Source of the DNA: Bdellovibrionales bacterium
GTDB taxonomy: Bacteria; Bdellovibrionota; Bdellovibrionia; Bdellovibrionales; JAUICD01
Reading direction: 5' to 3'
Length of the DNA: 64,000 nucleotides
NCBI GenBank assembly: GCA_965203275.1
Contig: OZ241865.1
Coordinates: forward strand, 1,344,001-1,408,000
Shown here in pieces: positions 1 through 9,626 of the stretch (position 1 is its first letter; each line of letters starts with the position of its first letter). The position numbers and the translations under genes were made by a program. The notes under the pieces were generated by a model. The model worked only from the letters and a program-made list of their open reading frames with translations. It had not been told where the DNA came from and made no database searches.

Positions 1-1089
1 TGATTCCATAATGGCATGAATAGTATCATGTATTAATGTTTCGCGACCTGTTCCTGGAAGTCCTGTCACGGCTACAGAAGAGTTACCTATATTAGTAAGG
101 GCTTGTGCCACTTTTATAATCAAATTGGGATCAGAAACACCTTTAGATAACTTACCTTCTTCAGCTTTACGTGTTAAGTTTTCTGTAGTATAAGGGATAG
201 AGGCATTTTGGACAGATGCACTGGATGAAGCAGGAGGGTTATAATTTGAATTTGCATACTGCTGAGTATCTGTAAAACTTGTTCTTTCTTCTCCTCTGAC
301 ATAGTGAATACTTTGATAAAGCTTATCTGTTACTTCGGCAGTTTTTCTATCTATTTCTCTTTGAGGTTTTAGTCCTCCCCAAGTTCTTGTGAACCTTTGC
401 CACCATGTAGATTGAGTAGTTAAGTTAGTGAACAAAAAATCACGAATAGCATGATCCGCGTTTAAAATGCCTAAAAGAAAGTGTTCAGGGGCAGGCGTGT
501 TAAAAAATGCTTTGTTATTCCTTTGTCGGAAAAGTTCTTCTTTTGTTGCGGCATTTTCAGCTAATGCAATCAGGTCTTCATCTTCTTTTATTTTAAGGTG
601 ATCACGATTAAGAATAGATTGAGTATTTTCAGATATTTCCTCTAAATTTAATCTCAAATCTCCATTTTCATTTCTTTCAAAAGGAGGTTCTGGAGTATTA
701 TTTCCATGTTGAAAATATCCCAGTCTGTTCAAAAGAAAGTCTTGAAAAGACTTTACATCAAAGCCTGCATTTTTCAAGATAGCAGGCAAGGTACCATTAG
801 TAAAATTCCAGCCTTGGTAAGTAGAATAGACAGCTTGTGCATCATTATTATTTTTATTAGGTTCTTTAGATCGAACCTCCAATGTGAGTGCAAGCAAGAC
901 ATGTTCTGGTAGGACAATAGAACTTCCTAAGGCATGAGCTATGTGGGTAGCTGCCCCTATAGCTTCTTGAACCTCTCGAGTCATTTTTTTGACTCTACCA
1001 TCAGAAGGACACATTGCATACACAGAAACACTTTGCACTTGAACAAATATCACAAAATAACATATTAAATAAGTTTTTAACTTTAACAT
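1..1089 (-). CDS. Clp/Hsp100-like protein with N-terminal signal peptide, 5' part only (runs off window start)
   Basis: Not in ORF track. Manual translation from ATG at 1089 is open to position 1: MLKLKTYLICIFVIFVQVQSVSVYA, then two Clp-N-like repeats (..IAHALGSSIVLPEHVLLAL.. and ..PAPEHFLLGIL..), then ENLTRKAEEGKL...VAVTGLPGTGRET, which resembles ClpB/C NLT..AREGKLD...GEPGVGKT. Confidence 0.7.
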   Translation of the reverse strand, partial: MLKLKTYLICYFVIFVQVQSVSVYAMCPSDGRVKKMTREVQEAIGAATHIAHALGSSIVLPEHVLLALTLEVRSKEPNKNNNDAQAVYSTYQGWNFTNGTLPAILKNAGFDVKSFQDFLLNRLGYFQHGNNTPEPPFERNENGDLRLNLEEISENTQSILNRDHLKIKEDEDLIALAENAATKEELFRQRNNKAFFNTPAPEHFLLGILNADHAIRDFLFTNLTTQSTWWQRFTRTWGGLKPQREIDRKTAEVTDKLYQSIHYVRGEERTSFTDTQQYANSNYNPPASSSASVQNASIPYTTENLTRKAEEGKLSKGVSDPNLIIKVAQALTNIGNSSVAVTGLPGTGRETLIHDTIHAIMES

Positions 1090-1173
1090 AATGTATGACT
1101 TATATACCACAATTAAATAAATTGCAAGGTTAAATTAAAAATTAATTGTTAAATGCAAAAACCATGTAAACTT

Positions 1174-1314
1174 TTCACTAAAAGTAAACTGACCTCTGGT
1201 CACTTTCTGGTTGCCAGCCGAAGGCTACCGCCTTCTCAAAAGCTGGCAACCTAGAAAGCCTGTTCACTTTGAGTAGGGAGGATCCCTTCACTTTTTTACT
1301 TCATGTTAAGGAAA
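1174..1314 (+). repeat. Structured repeat, module A + tail (chimeric P1 arms)
   Basis: TTCACTAAAAGTAAAC-TGACCTCTGGTCA-CTTTCTGGTTGCCAGC-CGAAGGCTACCGCCTTC..GCTGGCAACCTAGAAA..GTTCACTTTGAGTAGGGAGGATC...TGTTAAGGAAA; same layout as other copies. Confidence 0.9.
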
Positions 1315-1340
1315 CAAAATGCTTTCAAAATTATATTAAA

Positions 1341-1415
1341 AGAGCAATGTCTCAAAAGTGGCCAGAGGCCAGACCACTTTTAGTGAAACAGAGGTCACTT
1401 TACTTTTAGTGGAAA
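1341..1415 (-). repeat. Partial module A plus a stacked ~26-nt A fragment that supplies the last codons and stop of the Rpn gene
   Basis: Reverse strand reads TTCCACTAAAAGTAAAGTGACCTCTG|TTTCACTAAAAGTGGTCTGGCCTCTGGCCACTTTTGAGACATTGCTCT. Confidence 0.85.
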
Positions 1416-2336
1416 CGACTGGCGAATTTTTTTGATTTCTGCTTCTGATAGGCCAGTGATTTCACAGATATCTTGTAATTTTGCATTTCTCTCAATTAGC
1501 TTAAGTGCAATCTCTTTTTGTTTCTTCTCAATACCTTCTTCACGACCCTTCTCAAGACCTTCTTCACGACCCTCGTCACGAACAAATTCTTCTCTGTCTA
1601 CTTGATCCCTCCTAGCTCTCTCTTTCACCATATCAAGCTCTTGTAATGTCTCATCTTTTGATAATATCCATAAATGCTCAGCTGCTTCTGCCATGATTCC
1701 TCCTTTATCTTTGAAATATAAATATTCCTTTTGGTCCATCTGACCCGACCTCTTTAAAAAATAACACCAATTCTCTTTTATGTCAAATAATTCTCCTAAT
1801 TGGGACTGAAATTTATCTAATTCTACTATCACAAAACTCATACCCCGCGACATCACTACTTCTGGATGCTCTGTCCGACGAATATTGCAAACATGGTAAT
1901 AGTCCTTTATTCCTTCAAATTCTTTTAAATTTACAGTTGTGAAAACCAATGAATACACTGGAAGTAACTTATCAATATTCTCACCTTTCCTAATTTGACC
2001 TGAATAGAGCCGAGATAGATACATCAGTAACCTATCCGTAAAATGCTTTTGAGCTGTCGTTTGGACTTCTACATTCGCTGTCTCTGTATTTTGAAGAATG
2101 CCATTAATCCTTCTCCTTAACAGCACTCGCAAATCTAAAACAAAAAATTTATACTCCTCCGGGAATTTATCCGATGGAAGTTCTGTATTTAATATATGAA
2201 TGTCTTCTATTACAGAACCCTCTGGCAATGGAAGAAAATTCTCCATTATCGAAATCAAAAGCTTTTTCTTCCTTGTAAAGAAGGCCTTGAAATTACGATC
2301 TTTTGTTAAACTTAAATTCTTGCTTGGTTTTTTCAT
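1395..2336 (-). CDS. Rpn family recombination-promoting nuclease / PD-(D/E)XK putative transposase, copy 1
   Basis: D.NFKAFF start, LDLRV...NVEVQ catalytic motif, R...Y.SRLY..Q, C-terminal EEGREEGLEKG repeats and IA..L...I.EITGLS tail. Confidence 0.85.
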   Translation of the reverse strand: MKKPSKNLSLTKDRNFKAFFTRKKKLLISIMENFLPLPEGSVIEDIHILNTELPSDKFPEEYKFFVLDLRVLLRRRINGILQNTETANVEVQTTAQKHFTDRLLMYLSRLYSGQIRKGENIDKLLPVYSLVFTTVNLKEFEGIKDYYHVCNIRRTEHPEVVMSRGMSFVIVELDKFQSQLGELFDIKENWCYFLKRSGQMDQKEYLYFKDKGGIMAEAAEHLWILSKDETLQELDMVKERARRDQVDREEFVRDEGREEGLEKGREEGIEKKQKEIALKLIERNAKLQDICEITGLSEAEIKKIRQSFPLKVK

Positions 2337-2486
2337 CTTGTATACCTCATTTTTATTATCTTAGTTTAATAGTAAAAAATCACTTAAGTCAAATATATTC
2401 TGTTTGTCATAACTTTTAACTGCCTTATAACTGCTCTAAGAATGATATGTATTATTCTGTGATCTTCTCTACAAAGATCATCCTTC

Positions 2487-2535
2487 TGGGATCCGGGATC
2501 CCAGATCCCGGATTGAAACGATGTTAAGGAAAAAG
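2487..2535 (+). repeat. GATCCCG heptamer array followed by TGTTAAGGAAA tail
   Basis: GGGATCCGGGATCCCAGATCCCGGATT...GATGTTAAGGAAAAAG. Confidence 0.8.
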
Positions 2536-2546
2536 CAATTCTTAAC

Positions 2547-3481
2547 TTAATATTCTACCTTAATATCAGCAATAGCTTGCTCATTCCGGTAAACTTGTAT
2601 TTGATTCATTTGTTCTTTTAGCCATCTGGTGTAAACTTTTTGTCCTTGGACAGCTATTAAATTATTTTGGATGATGCCCTTAACTTCTTCAAATGTTGAT
2701 AATCTTTTTGCTTTTCTATCTAAAACCCTGTAAATATGATAACCATAAGGAGATTGCAGTATGCTACTCCAAACTCCCTTCTGCATAAAAAAAGCATTTT
2801 CAAAAACATCAAAAGTCCCTTTTTCAATCCAAATCTTACTGTGTTGAAGGGGAATCATAGAAGATTCTACAATCCGTTCAACGTCCTTACTTTGCTTCTT
2901 GATCTCTTGATAAATAGTATGGGCATCACTTTTGTTTTCAATAAAAGCTGTTGAAGGTAAACCCTAGCCTTTTTATTAAATGAAGATTTATGAGTCGCAT
3001 AATGAGCTTTAAGGTCATCTAGTGTCGGTGGGGTTACATGTTGCTGACGAATGGTTTGAAATACTTTTTCTTCTAAAAGTCTAATGTGTAAATTTTTCTT
3101 AAAATCATTGAGATTTTGATTTGCTTCAACAAGACTTTTGCGAAAACTTATATCATCAGGGTAGCTTTGTTTTATTTGTTGGATTCTTTCTTGGATATCT
3201 CTTTCAGAAATAGTCAGATTATTTTGTTCTGCCCATTTTATAACAATAATTTCATGTATAAATTCATCAATCACTTGATTTTTAATACGAGCAATGTTTT
3301 GAGGTTCTTTAAGTTGAAGAACATTTAGTCTTTTAAGTTTATGAGAAAGCTTTTGAGCAAACAAGCCAGCAGTAAGGCGAGCTTTATTGACTTCTACAAT
3401 GACTACATCTTGAGTATTGTTTTGACGAAAGCAACCAGTACAAGAAAAAAGCAATAGGGTATATAAAATATATTTTTTCAT
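2547..3481 (-). pseudogene. SurA/PrsA-like peptidyl-prolyl isomerase lipoprotein, split by a 1-nt frameshift near 2943-2946 (may be a sequencing error)
   Basis: SurA N-domain-like ORF 2867-3481 with lipobox (SCTGC). One extra T in a T4 run gives LQQLFIENKSDAH..., continuing into ORF 2547-2858 with the parvulin motif (FENAF...SSILQSPYGYHIYRV). Confidence 0.7.
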
Positions 3482-3607
3482 AAACTTAACTTATTGTTGA
3501 ATTTTCTTATACCAAACAAACAAGAAAAAAGCAACATGGATTATAAAAACGACAACCTACTACTAAAAAACTATAAAGAAACTTTCATTAGTAAATCAAG
3601 TGATCAG

Positions 3608-4768
3608 CTAAAGTGAGTTATAAATTTTCTCTAACATCACCCAGGTAACTCCTGATGGAAGATGTTTACCATTGATAAATAAACTAGGCGTACCTGTGAT
3701 CTTAGCATTCTCCCCTTCTCTTGCTTGAGCCTTGATAGCTTCTAAGGTGCTATTTGCATCCAGGCATTCAGAGAAGCTAGATTCATTTAAATTTATTTTT
3801 TGTGCGATTTTTGTAAGATCACTTCTTCTCACTTCAGTAACCTTTTCAAAAAGATAATCGTGCATTTGCCAACCTTTATCTTGTTGATCAGCACAGTAGG
3901 TAGCAAAAGCAAGCCAACAAGAACGACCATTGCTTGATCGAGGGATTGCTTCATTGCAAGCACCATCTAAAGGGAAAGACATAAAAGTGAGTTCCACATC
4001 ATCACGTGATTTGATAAATGTATGTAAAATACCAGAAGCTACCTGACAGTGAGGACATTGAAAATCTGCAAATTCAATAATGTTCATTTTAGCAGGTTGT
4101 GTATGAGAAGAATACACCAAAGCTCCTTCTGTTGTGATCTCAAGAGGAGGACTATCTTGCCAATCTAAAAAAAGGGCATCTAATTGTTTTAGCATCTGAC
4201 CTGCTAAATTAGATTTAATGATCTCATTAGCCATTAAAGTAATAGGAGCTATGAGTAAAATAGGCAAATATAATTTAAAGCTTTTGGAAAAATCTATGTC
4301 TGCTTTTGTTTTAAAAGATAATGTATTTTTCCATTTGAAAATAGCTCCTAAAGAAATAAAAGATAAGAGATATGCTAACAAACAGAAAAGACAATAAGCT
4401 TCTAAAACGAAGAAAGAAATCACTCCCAGTATAACAGAAGTCAAAGCAATGAGTCCTGCAAGTAGCAAAAGCAAAGAATAAATATGATATTTTTTGTTTT
4501 CTTTTTCCTCAATCAATATCCAAAAGCCCAATAACAAAAGTACAAGATTAGCAAAAAATCCCCAAAGACTTAAGGGAGTACCTAACAAAACAGCATAAGG
4601 ACTTAAATTGACAACATCACAATTGAATGTATCATTGATATTGCAAAGGCTTTTATCTCCTCTTATGCCAAATTTTAAATTATAATGCACAAATGAGAGA
4701 TACAGCATGTTGACAATAGCTAATAGTTGCGATCCTAAAAATATTTTAAACATAATGCCACCTATCAT
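3608..4768 (-). CDS. Vitamin K epoxide reductase (VKOR) domain fused to DsbA/thioredoxin domain
   Basis: C-x7-C loop, S.Y..LLG.PLS.WG, TM CLFC motif, then EFADFQCPHC and ITGTPSLFING. Confidence 0.88.
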   Translation of the reverse strand: MIGGIMFKIFLGSQLLAIVNMLYLSFVHYNLKFGIRGDKSLCNINDTFNCDVVNLSPYAVLLGTPLSLWGFFANLVLLLLGFWILIEEKENKKYHIYSLLLLLAGLIALTSVILGVISFFVLEAYCLFCLLAYLLSFISLGAIFKWKNTLSFKTKADIDFSKSFKLYLPILLIAPITLMANEIIKSNLAGQMLKQLDALFLDWQDSPPLEITTEGALVYSSHTQPAKMNIIEFADFQCPHCQVASGILHTFIKSRDDVELTFMSFPLDGACNEAIPRSSNGRSCWLAFATYCADQQDKGWQMHDYLFEKVTEVRRSDLTKIAQKINLNESSFSECLDANSTLEAIKAQAREGENAKITGTPSLFINGKHLPSGVTWVMLEKIYNSL

Positions 4769-4841
4769 ATATAGTTATATTTGTTGTTTTGACCTTTATA
4801 GTTGCAAACGAATACATCAAAAGCTTTTAGCTAGCTTAACG

Positions 4842-5138
4842 TCACTCTTGTTCTTTTTCTCTTAACTCTTTTAATTCTTCCTTAAACATCAATCGATGCA
4901 TTCTTATTGAAAAATCTCTATATGACTCATCCTCTTTTTGAACCCCTTCTTCACCATAAAGCCTCTTAAGATCTTTTCGCCATTTTAAATCTTTTGCTAG
5001 ATCAATTTCCCTTTCTTCCCTTGTCATAAAAAATGACATTGGTTTTTCCTTTGAAAATAAAGCATCAAACATAAGATAAAAACAAAGCAGTACTATAAAA
5101 AGGCATAAAAAATCTATCGTTATTAATTTCATTTTCAT
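4842..5138 (-). CDS. Hypothetical small membrane-anchored protein
   Basis: 98-aa ORF with N-terminal hydrophobic helix. Confidence 0.5.
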   Translation of the reverse strand: MKMKLITIDFLCLFIVLLCFYLMFDALFSKEKPMSFFMTREEREIDLAKDLKWRKDLKRLYGEEGVQKEDESYRDFSIRMHRLMFKEELKELREKEQE

Positions 5139-5551
5139 TGTTTATTAAACCTCTCTCTTGAATTTTTACTAAGTTATCTTTCTATTTATTGGTTTCTTCT
5201 TTATCTTTTAGTATGATCATTGACTTAATTTTCAATATGGATAAGCCTTTGATCAAGTTCTTTTATTTTTGTGTTAAAAAGAATCAAACTTTTTATTAAG
5301 TGAATCAAACAAGAATTTAGCATGATGGTCAATGTAGCACTCAGTAGCAAGAGAATCTCTATTTTCTAAAAGCCATTCCATTTTAATCTCCTATATTTTA
5401 CACCTTAGAGATTTTACTTAAGCTTACCACAATCACATTAGATTTCAACCCTAAATCTTTAATGCCTTTGTTTCTGTTGTTTAATGAATGCTTCCCTGCA
5501 AATCAGAAGCTATATGGGACAAAGCATCATTTTGTCAAACACAATCAATGG

Positions 5552-6844
5552 TTATAAAAATAAATCGTGAATCCATATTGTCTCTTGTCGGCTGGGTCCT
5601 ACACTCACTACATCTATTGGAACTTTTAATGTTTTTTCTAAAAAATTAAGGTAATTTTTTGCTTCTTGTGGCAAATCCTGAAGTGACTTAACTGTTGAGA
5701 TATCTTTCTGCCAACCAGGGAAAACTTTTAAAATAGGTTTTGCTGACTGTAATTGGGTCTCAGAAAGTGGAAATTCTTTAGCTTCTAAACCATTTATAAG
5801 GTAACCTGTCACCAATGCAATTTCTTTAAACCCTGTAAGAACATCAAGTTTCATTAAAGCTAGACTGCTGACCCCATTGATACGTATGGCATATTGCAAA
5901 GCTAAAAGATCAAGCCAGCCACATCGACGGGGCCGGCCTGTCGTAGCTCCATATTCTTTGCCACGTTTTTGTAAAAGGCTTCCTGTTTCTCCTTTTAATT
6001 CTGTAGGAAAGGGACCATTACCTACCCTTGTGCTGTAGGCTTTGGTAATGCCTATGACTTTTTTAATAGCAGTTGGCCCTACACCAGAGCCTACACAAGC
6101 TGAACCTGCTATTGTAGAAGAGCTGGTCACAAAAGGATAAGTGCCATGCAACAAGTCGAGAAGTGTGCCTTGAGCCCCTTCATGTAGAATTCTATGACCT
6201 TGCTGACGATGCATTTCAATGATGTAAGAAGTATCAGGGCATTTATAAACTTCTAACTCTTGAGCATACTTTAAAAGCTCTTTATAAATGGCATCTACTG
6301 AAAATGCATGAATACCATAATAATTAAGCAAATGATTTTTTTCTTCTAAATTTAATTTAAGTTTAGTTTTGAGAATATCTGGTTGGAAAATATCCCTTAA
6401 TAAAATAGCCCTTCTAGAAGCTCTATCTTCATAAGCAGGGCCTATACCTTTGCCTGTCGTGCCAATTTTATTATGTGTGAGCCTGGATTCTCTGGCTATG
6501 TCTAATGCCTTGTGGTAAGGCAAAATAAGGGTTGTGTTTTCTGATATTAAAAGTTGTTTCTCTTTTTTAAGAAGTCCTATTTTTTTAAGGTCTTGGATTT
6601 CTTCAATGATCACTTCTAAATCTAAGACAACACCTGCTGCAATCACACACACACAATTTTCATGTAATATGCCTGATGGAAGAAGGTGTAAAATAGTTTC
6701 TTTCCCGTCTACAACAAGAGTATGTCCTGCATTAGCTCCTCCCTGATAACGGATCACAACATCAGCTTTTGCAGAGAACAAATCTACGACCTTACCTTTC
6801 CCTTCATCGCCCCATTGACAACCTACAACAATAACATCTGACAT
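5552..6844 (-). CDS. purA: Adenylosuccinate synthetase
   Basis: QWGDEGKGK, GGANAGHT, IGTTGKGIGPAY, EGAQG, TTGRPRRCGW motifs. Confidence 0.98.
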   Translation of the reverse strand: MSDVIVVGCQWGDEGKGKVVDLFSAKADVVIRYQGGANAGHTLVVDGKETILHLLPSGILHENCVCVIAAGVVLDLEVIIEEIQDLKKIGLLKKEKQLLISENTTLILPYHKALDIARESRLTHNKIGTTGKGIGPAYEDRASRRAILLRDIFQPDILKTKLKLNLEEKNHLLNYYGIHAFSVDAIYKELLKYAQELEVYKCPDTSYIIEMHRQQGHRILHEGAQGTLLDLLHGTYPFVTSSSTIAGSACVGSGVGPTAIKKVIGITKAYSTRVGNGPFPTELKGETGSLLQKRGKEYGATTGRPRRCGWLDLLALQYAIRINGVSSLALMKLDVLTGFKEIALVTGYLINGLEAKEFPLSETQLQSAKPILKVFPGWQKDISTVKSLQDLPQEAKNYLNFLEKTLKVPIDVVSVGPSRQETIWIHDLFL

Positions 6845-7063
6845 GCATACCCCTTTTGAGATTAGGTAAATTTTACAAAGACCTTATATTAGATTTTTTC
6901 TTTAACTTTAGCAAGATTTTAGATAAGAATTTTTAGATAAAAAGAGAGATGATTTAAAGCTTCATAGTATCAATTCTTGACAATGATTGTTATTTCATGT
7001 ACAAGTCATGTACAAGTAAGATAAGAAATCTTTGCTAAAATATTTTAAGGAAATGCATTAAGT

Positions 7064-7963
7064 ATGAAACACACCATTGATTATACATTACAAGAATGTT
7101 TATCACTTTTAGCTTATCATTCTCAAGGGATGACAATAGAAGATTTTATCAAATATTCTGCTTGTCAAGTGATTGAAAAAACCTCTAGTTTATTGCTCGA
7201 GTTAGTTCCTAATGGCAAATTGCGTTCTTACCTTTTAAAACATCCTGATTGGTATCATCAAGCTTCAATGCAAATAAAACAGCTTAAGGAACAAAATATC
7301 CATATCCTTCATGTAGAACACCCTGATTATCCTAAAAACTTTTATAAATTACCTGATCCGCCACTTTTTTTAACATATCAAGGGCAACCTGTCTGGAAAA
7401 ATAACCAATGCTTAAGTGTTGTAGGAAGCCGAGAACCTACTACAAGAGCCTTACAATGGATGGAGACACATCTCAAGTCTGTTTTTGCAGAGGCTTGCTC
7501 TGTGAGTGGAGGAGCAAGAGGTATCGATCAAAAAGCCCATAATATTTCTCTTCGGCTTAAGAGACCTACTGTGGTTTTTCTCCCAAGCGGTTTGAAGACT
7601 ATTTATCCTCAAACATTAAGTCAATGGTCAAATGAAATTATTGAACAAGGAGGAGCCATTGTTTCAGAATATTTACCTGAAGTAGCTATGCAAAAGCATC
7701 ACTTTCATAGACGTAACCGCCTTATAGCAGCTATAGGAGATGTGCTTTTAGTGGTTGAGGCACGTATTAAAAGTGGGACTCTCCTGACTGCTAATTTAGC
7801 CTCTGCTATAGATCAATCCCTAGCTGTAGTGCCTACCTTTCCAGACGATGTCCGTAGCCAGGGCAACCTTAAGCTCTTGCTGGAAGGTGTGCAACCTGTA
7901 GCTTCCTCACAAGACTTATTGAGCTTGATCCATGTAGGGTATGAAAAACGCAAAATACTTTAG
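7064..7963 (+). CDS. dprA: DNA-processing protein DprA
   Basis: PPLFL.Y.G, VVGSR, SGGARGID..AH, F.RRNRLIA, VVEA..KSGTL.TA motifs. Confidence 0.92.
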   Translation: MKHTIDYTLQECLSLLAYHSQGMTIEDFIKYSACQVIEKTSSLLLELVPNGKLRSYLLKHPDWYHQASMQIKQLKEQNIHILHVEHPDYPKNFYKLPDPPLFLTYQGQPVWKNNQCLSVVGSREPTTRALQWMETHLKSVFAEACSVSGGARGIDQKAHNISLRLKRPTVVFLPSGLKTIYPQTLSQWSNEIIEQGGAIVSEYLPEVAMQKHHFHRRNRLIAAIGDVLLVVEARIKSGTLLTANLASAIDQSLAVVPTFPDDVRSQGNLKLLLEGVQPVASSQDLLSLIHVGYEKRKIL

Positions 7964-8212
7964 TTACTCTAGAATTTCTAAAACACTGCGTTTATTGATT
8001 TTAGTACTGGCTGCATTCAATATAGACCGAATAGACTTTGCCGTACGGCCTTGTTTACCTATGACTTTGCCTAAGTCCTCTTTAGCGACCCTTAACTCAA
8101 TCACAGTTGTGTGTTCTCCAACCATCTCATTCACAACAACATCTTCTGGCCTATCTACTAATGATTTTGCCATAAATGCCACAAGTTCCTTTAAATTTGT
8201 TTCATTGCCCAT
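7964..8212 (-). CDS. khpA: KH-domain RNA-binding protein
   Basis: [24 protein letters not shown]; downstream of rpsP. Confidence 0.92.
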   Translation of the reverse strand: MGNETNLKELVAFMAKSLVDRPEDVVVNEMVGEHTTVIELRVAKEDLGKVIGKQGRTAKSIRSILNAASTKINKRSVLEILE

Positions 8213-8379
8213 ATATATCACCTCTAGCTGTTAGCTTTTGTTATCAATAGTTAGTTATTCTTATCTTACTCGATATTCACAACAAAATAAATAGATTTTT
8301 GTTTTTTTTGTATTTTTTTTAACTTATGGCTTTATTTTATCCTTACAATAGCTGTTTTTGTTCCTTTTTGAGACGATAT

Positions 8380-9447
8380 CTATTGTGAAACATCATCATC
8401 CTTTTTGTGATCTTTCTGTGTTGTTTCTTTTAATTCTGGCTGAGTGTCCTTTGACTCATCTAGTTGATCTTCTTTAGATTCTAGCTGAGTGTCCTTTGAC
8501 TCATCTAGTTGATCTTCTTTAGATTCTAGCTGAGTGTCCTTTGACTCATCTAGTTGATCTTCTTTAGATTTTAGCTGAGTGTCCTTTGACTCATCTAGTT
8601 GATCTTCTTGAGATTTTAGTTGAGTGTCCTTTGACTCATCTAGTTGATCTTCTTTAGATTTTAGTTGAGTGTCCTTTGACTCATCTAGTTGATCTTCTTG
8701 AGATTTTAGTTGAGTGTCCTTTGACTCATCTAGTTGATCTTCTTTAGATTTTAGTTGAGTGTCCTTTGACTCATCTAGTTGATCTTCTTGAGATTTTAGT
8801 TGAGTGTCCTTTGACTCATCTAGTTGATCTTCTTTAGATTTTAGTTGAGTGTCCTTTGACTCATCTAGTTGATCTTCTTGAGATTTTAGTTGAGTGTCCT
8901 TTGACTCATCTAGTTGATCTTCTTGAGATTTTTTTGTTGTAGCCCTATCTTCTGAACTTGATTTAGATTTTTGAGACGATGTAGAATGACTCTCTTTTAC
9001 AACAGAGGCTTTTGCTACTTCTGCCTTTGCTGTTTTAGAAGCCTGTTTTGTTGTTGTTTCCTCTTGAGTGTCCTTTGGCATAGACTTTGCTTTCGAGTCC
9101 TGACCAGAAGATTTTGCACTTTGTTTCTCTGAAGAAGATGCTTTTTTATCTTTTTTGAGGTTTTTACCAGGACTCTTTTGAAGATATTGAGGAATATCTA
9201 ATGAAGGATTTTGCTGTTCAAAAATAAGTCTTTGAACCCTCAAAGAAGGCCTTGCCCCTCGATTAATCCATTGATTAGCTTTTTCTAAGTCAATGACAAA
9301 TTTCTTCTTAGCTCCTTTTTGCGAAGGAACATAATGACCTAAAACTTCAATGACATTGCTGTTTCTCCATCGCCTTTGATCTGCCACTGTAACGCGATAT
9401 TTAGCTGCTTTTTTTGCTCCATAGCGAGATAAACGGATAACTACCAT
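8380..9447 (-). CDS. rpsP: 30S ribosomal protein S16 with long low-complexity and tandem-repeat C-terminal extension
   Basis: MVVIRLSRYGAKK..YRVTVAD.R..R....IEVLGHY...W..GA.PS..V S16 core, followed by ~270 extra residues. Confidence 0.93.
   Translation of the reverse strand: MVVIRLSRYGAKKAAKYRVTVADQRRWRNSNVIEVLGHYVPSQKGAKKKFVIDLEKANQWINRGARPSLRVQRLIFEQQNPSLDIPQYLQKSPGKNLKKDKKASSSEKQSAKSSGQDSKAKSMPKDTQEETTTKQASKTAKAEVAKASVVKESHSTSSQKSKSSSEDRATTKKSQEDQLDESKDTQLKSQEDQLDESKDTQLKSKEDQLDESKDTQLKSQEDQLDESKDTQLKSKEDQLDESKDTQLKSQEDQLDESKDTQLKSKEDQLDESKDTQLKSQEDQLDESKDTQLKSKEDQLDESKDTQLESKEDQLDESKDTQLESKEDQLDESKDTQPELKETTQKDHKKDDDVSQ
8439..8933 (-). repeat. 11 x 45-bp coding tandem repeat (KS[Q/K]EDQLDESKDTQL) in rpsP
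   Basis: Counted in translation; DNA unit TGAGTGTCCTTTGACTCATCTAGTTGATCTTCTT[G/T]AGATTTTAGT. Confidence 0.95.
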
Positions 9448-9626
9448 ATTTCAAAACTCCTTCAAATGAAGTAAATCACAATTTCATCATAATATGCAAT
9501 AAAATATCATATCAAGTCAAGGCTAAAATACAAACACTCTTTATTTATTTTCAATTTCTGCCGAAAAGATTAATAGATAATCTTTAGATTGAAAAAGTCA
9601 CTTTTTGATATAGGTAATAATTCCCC

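Noticed and set aside
2930..2950. Programmed frameshift in the SurA-like gene
   Set aside because: A single missing base in a short homopolymer with no clear stimulatory signal; more likely an assembly error or recent mutation. This also cautions against over-reading the exact poly-C lengths.
8439..8933. CRISPR-like regular repeat
   Set aside because: No unique spacers; an in-frame 45-bp coding repeat in rpsP; no cas genes in the window.
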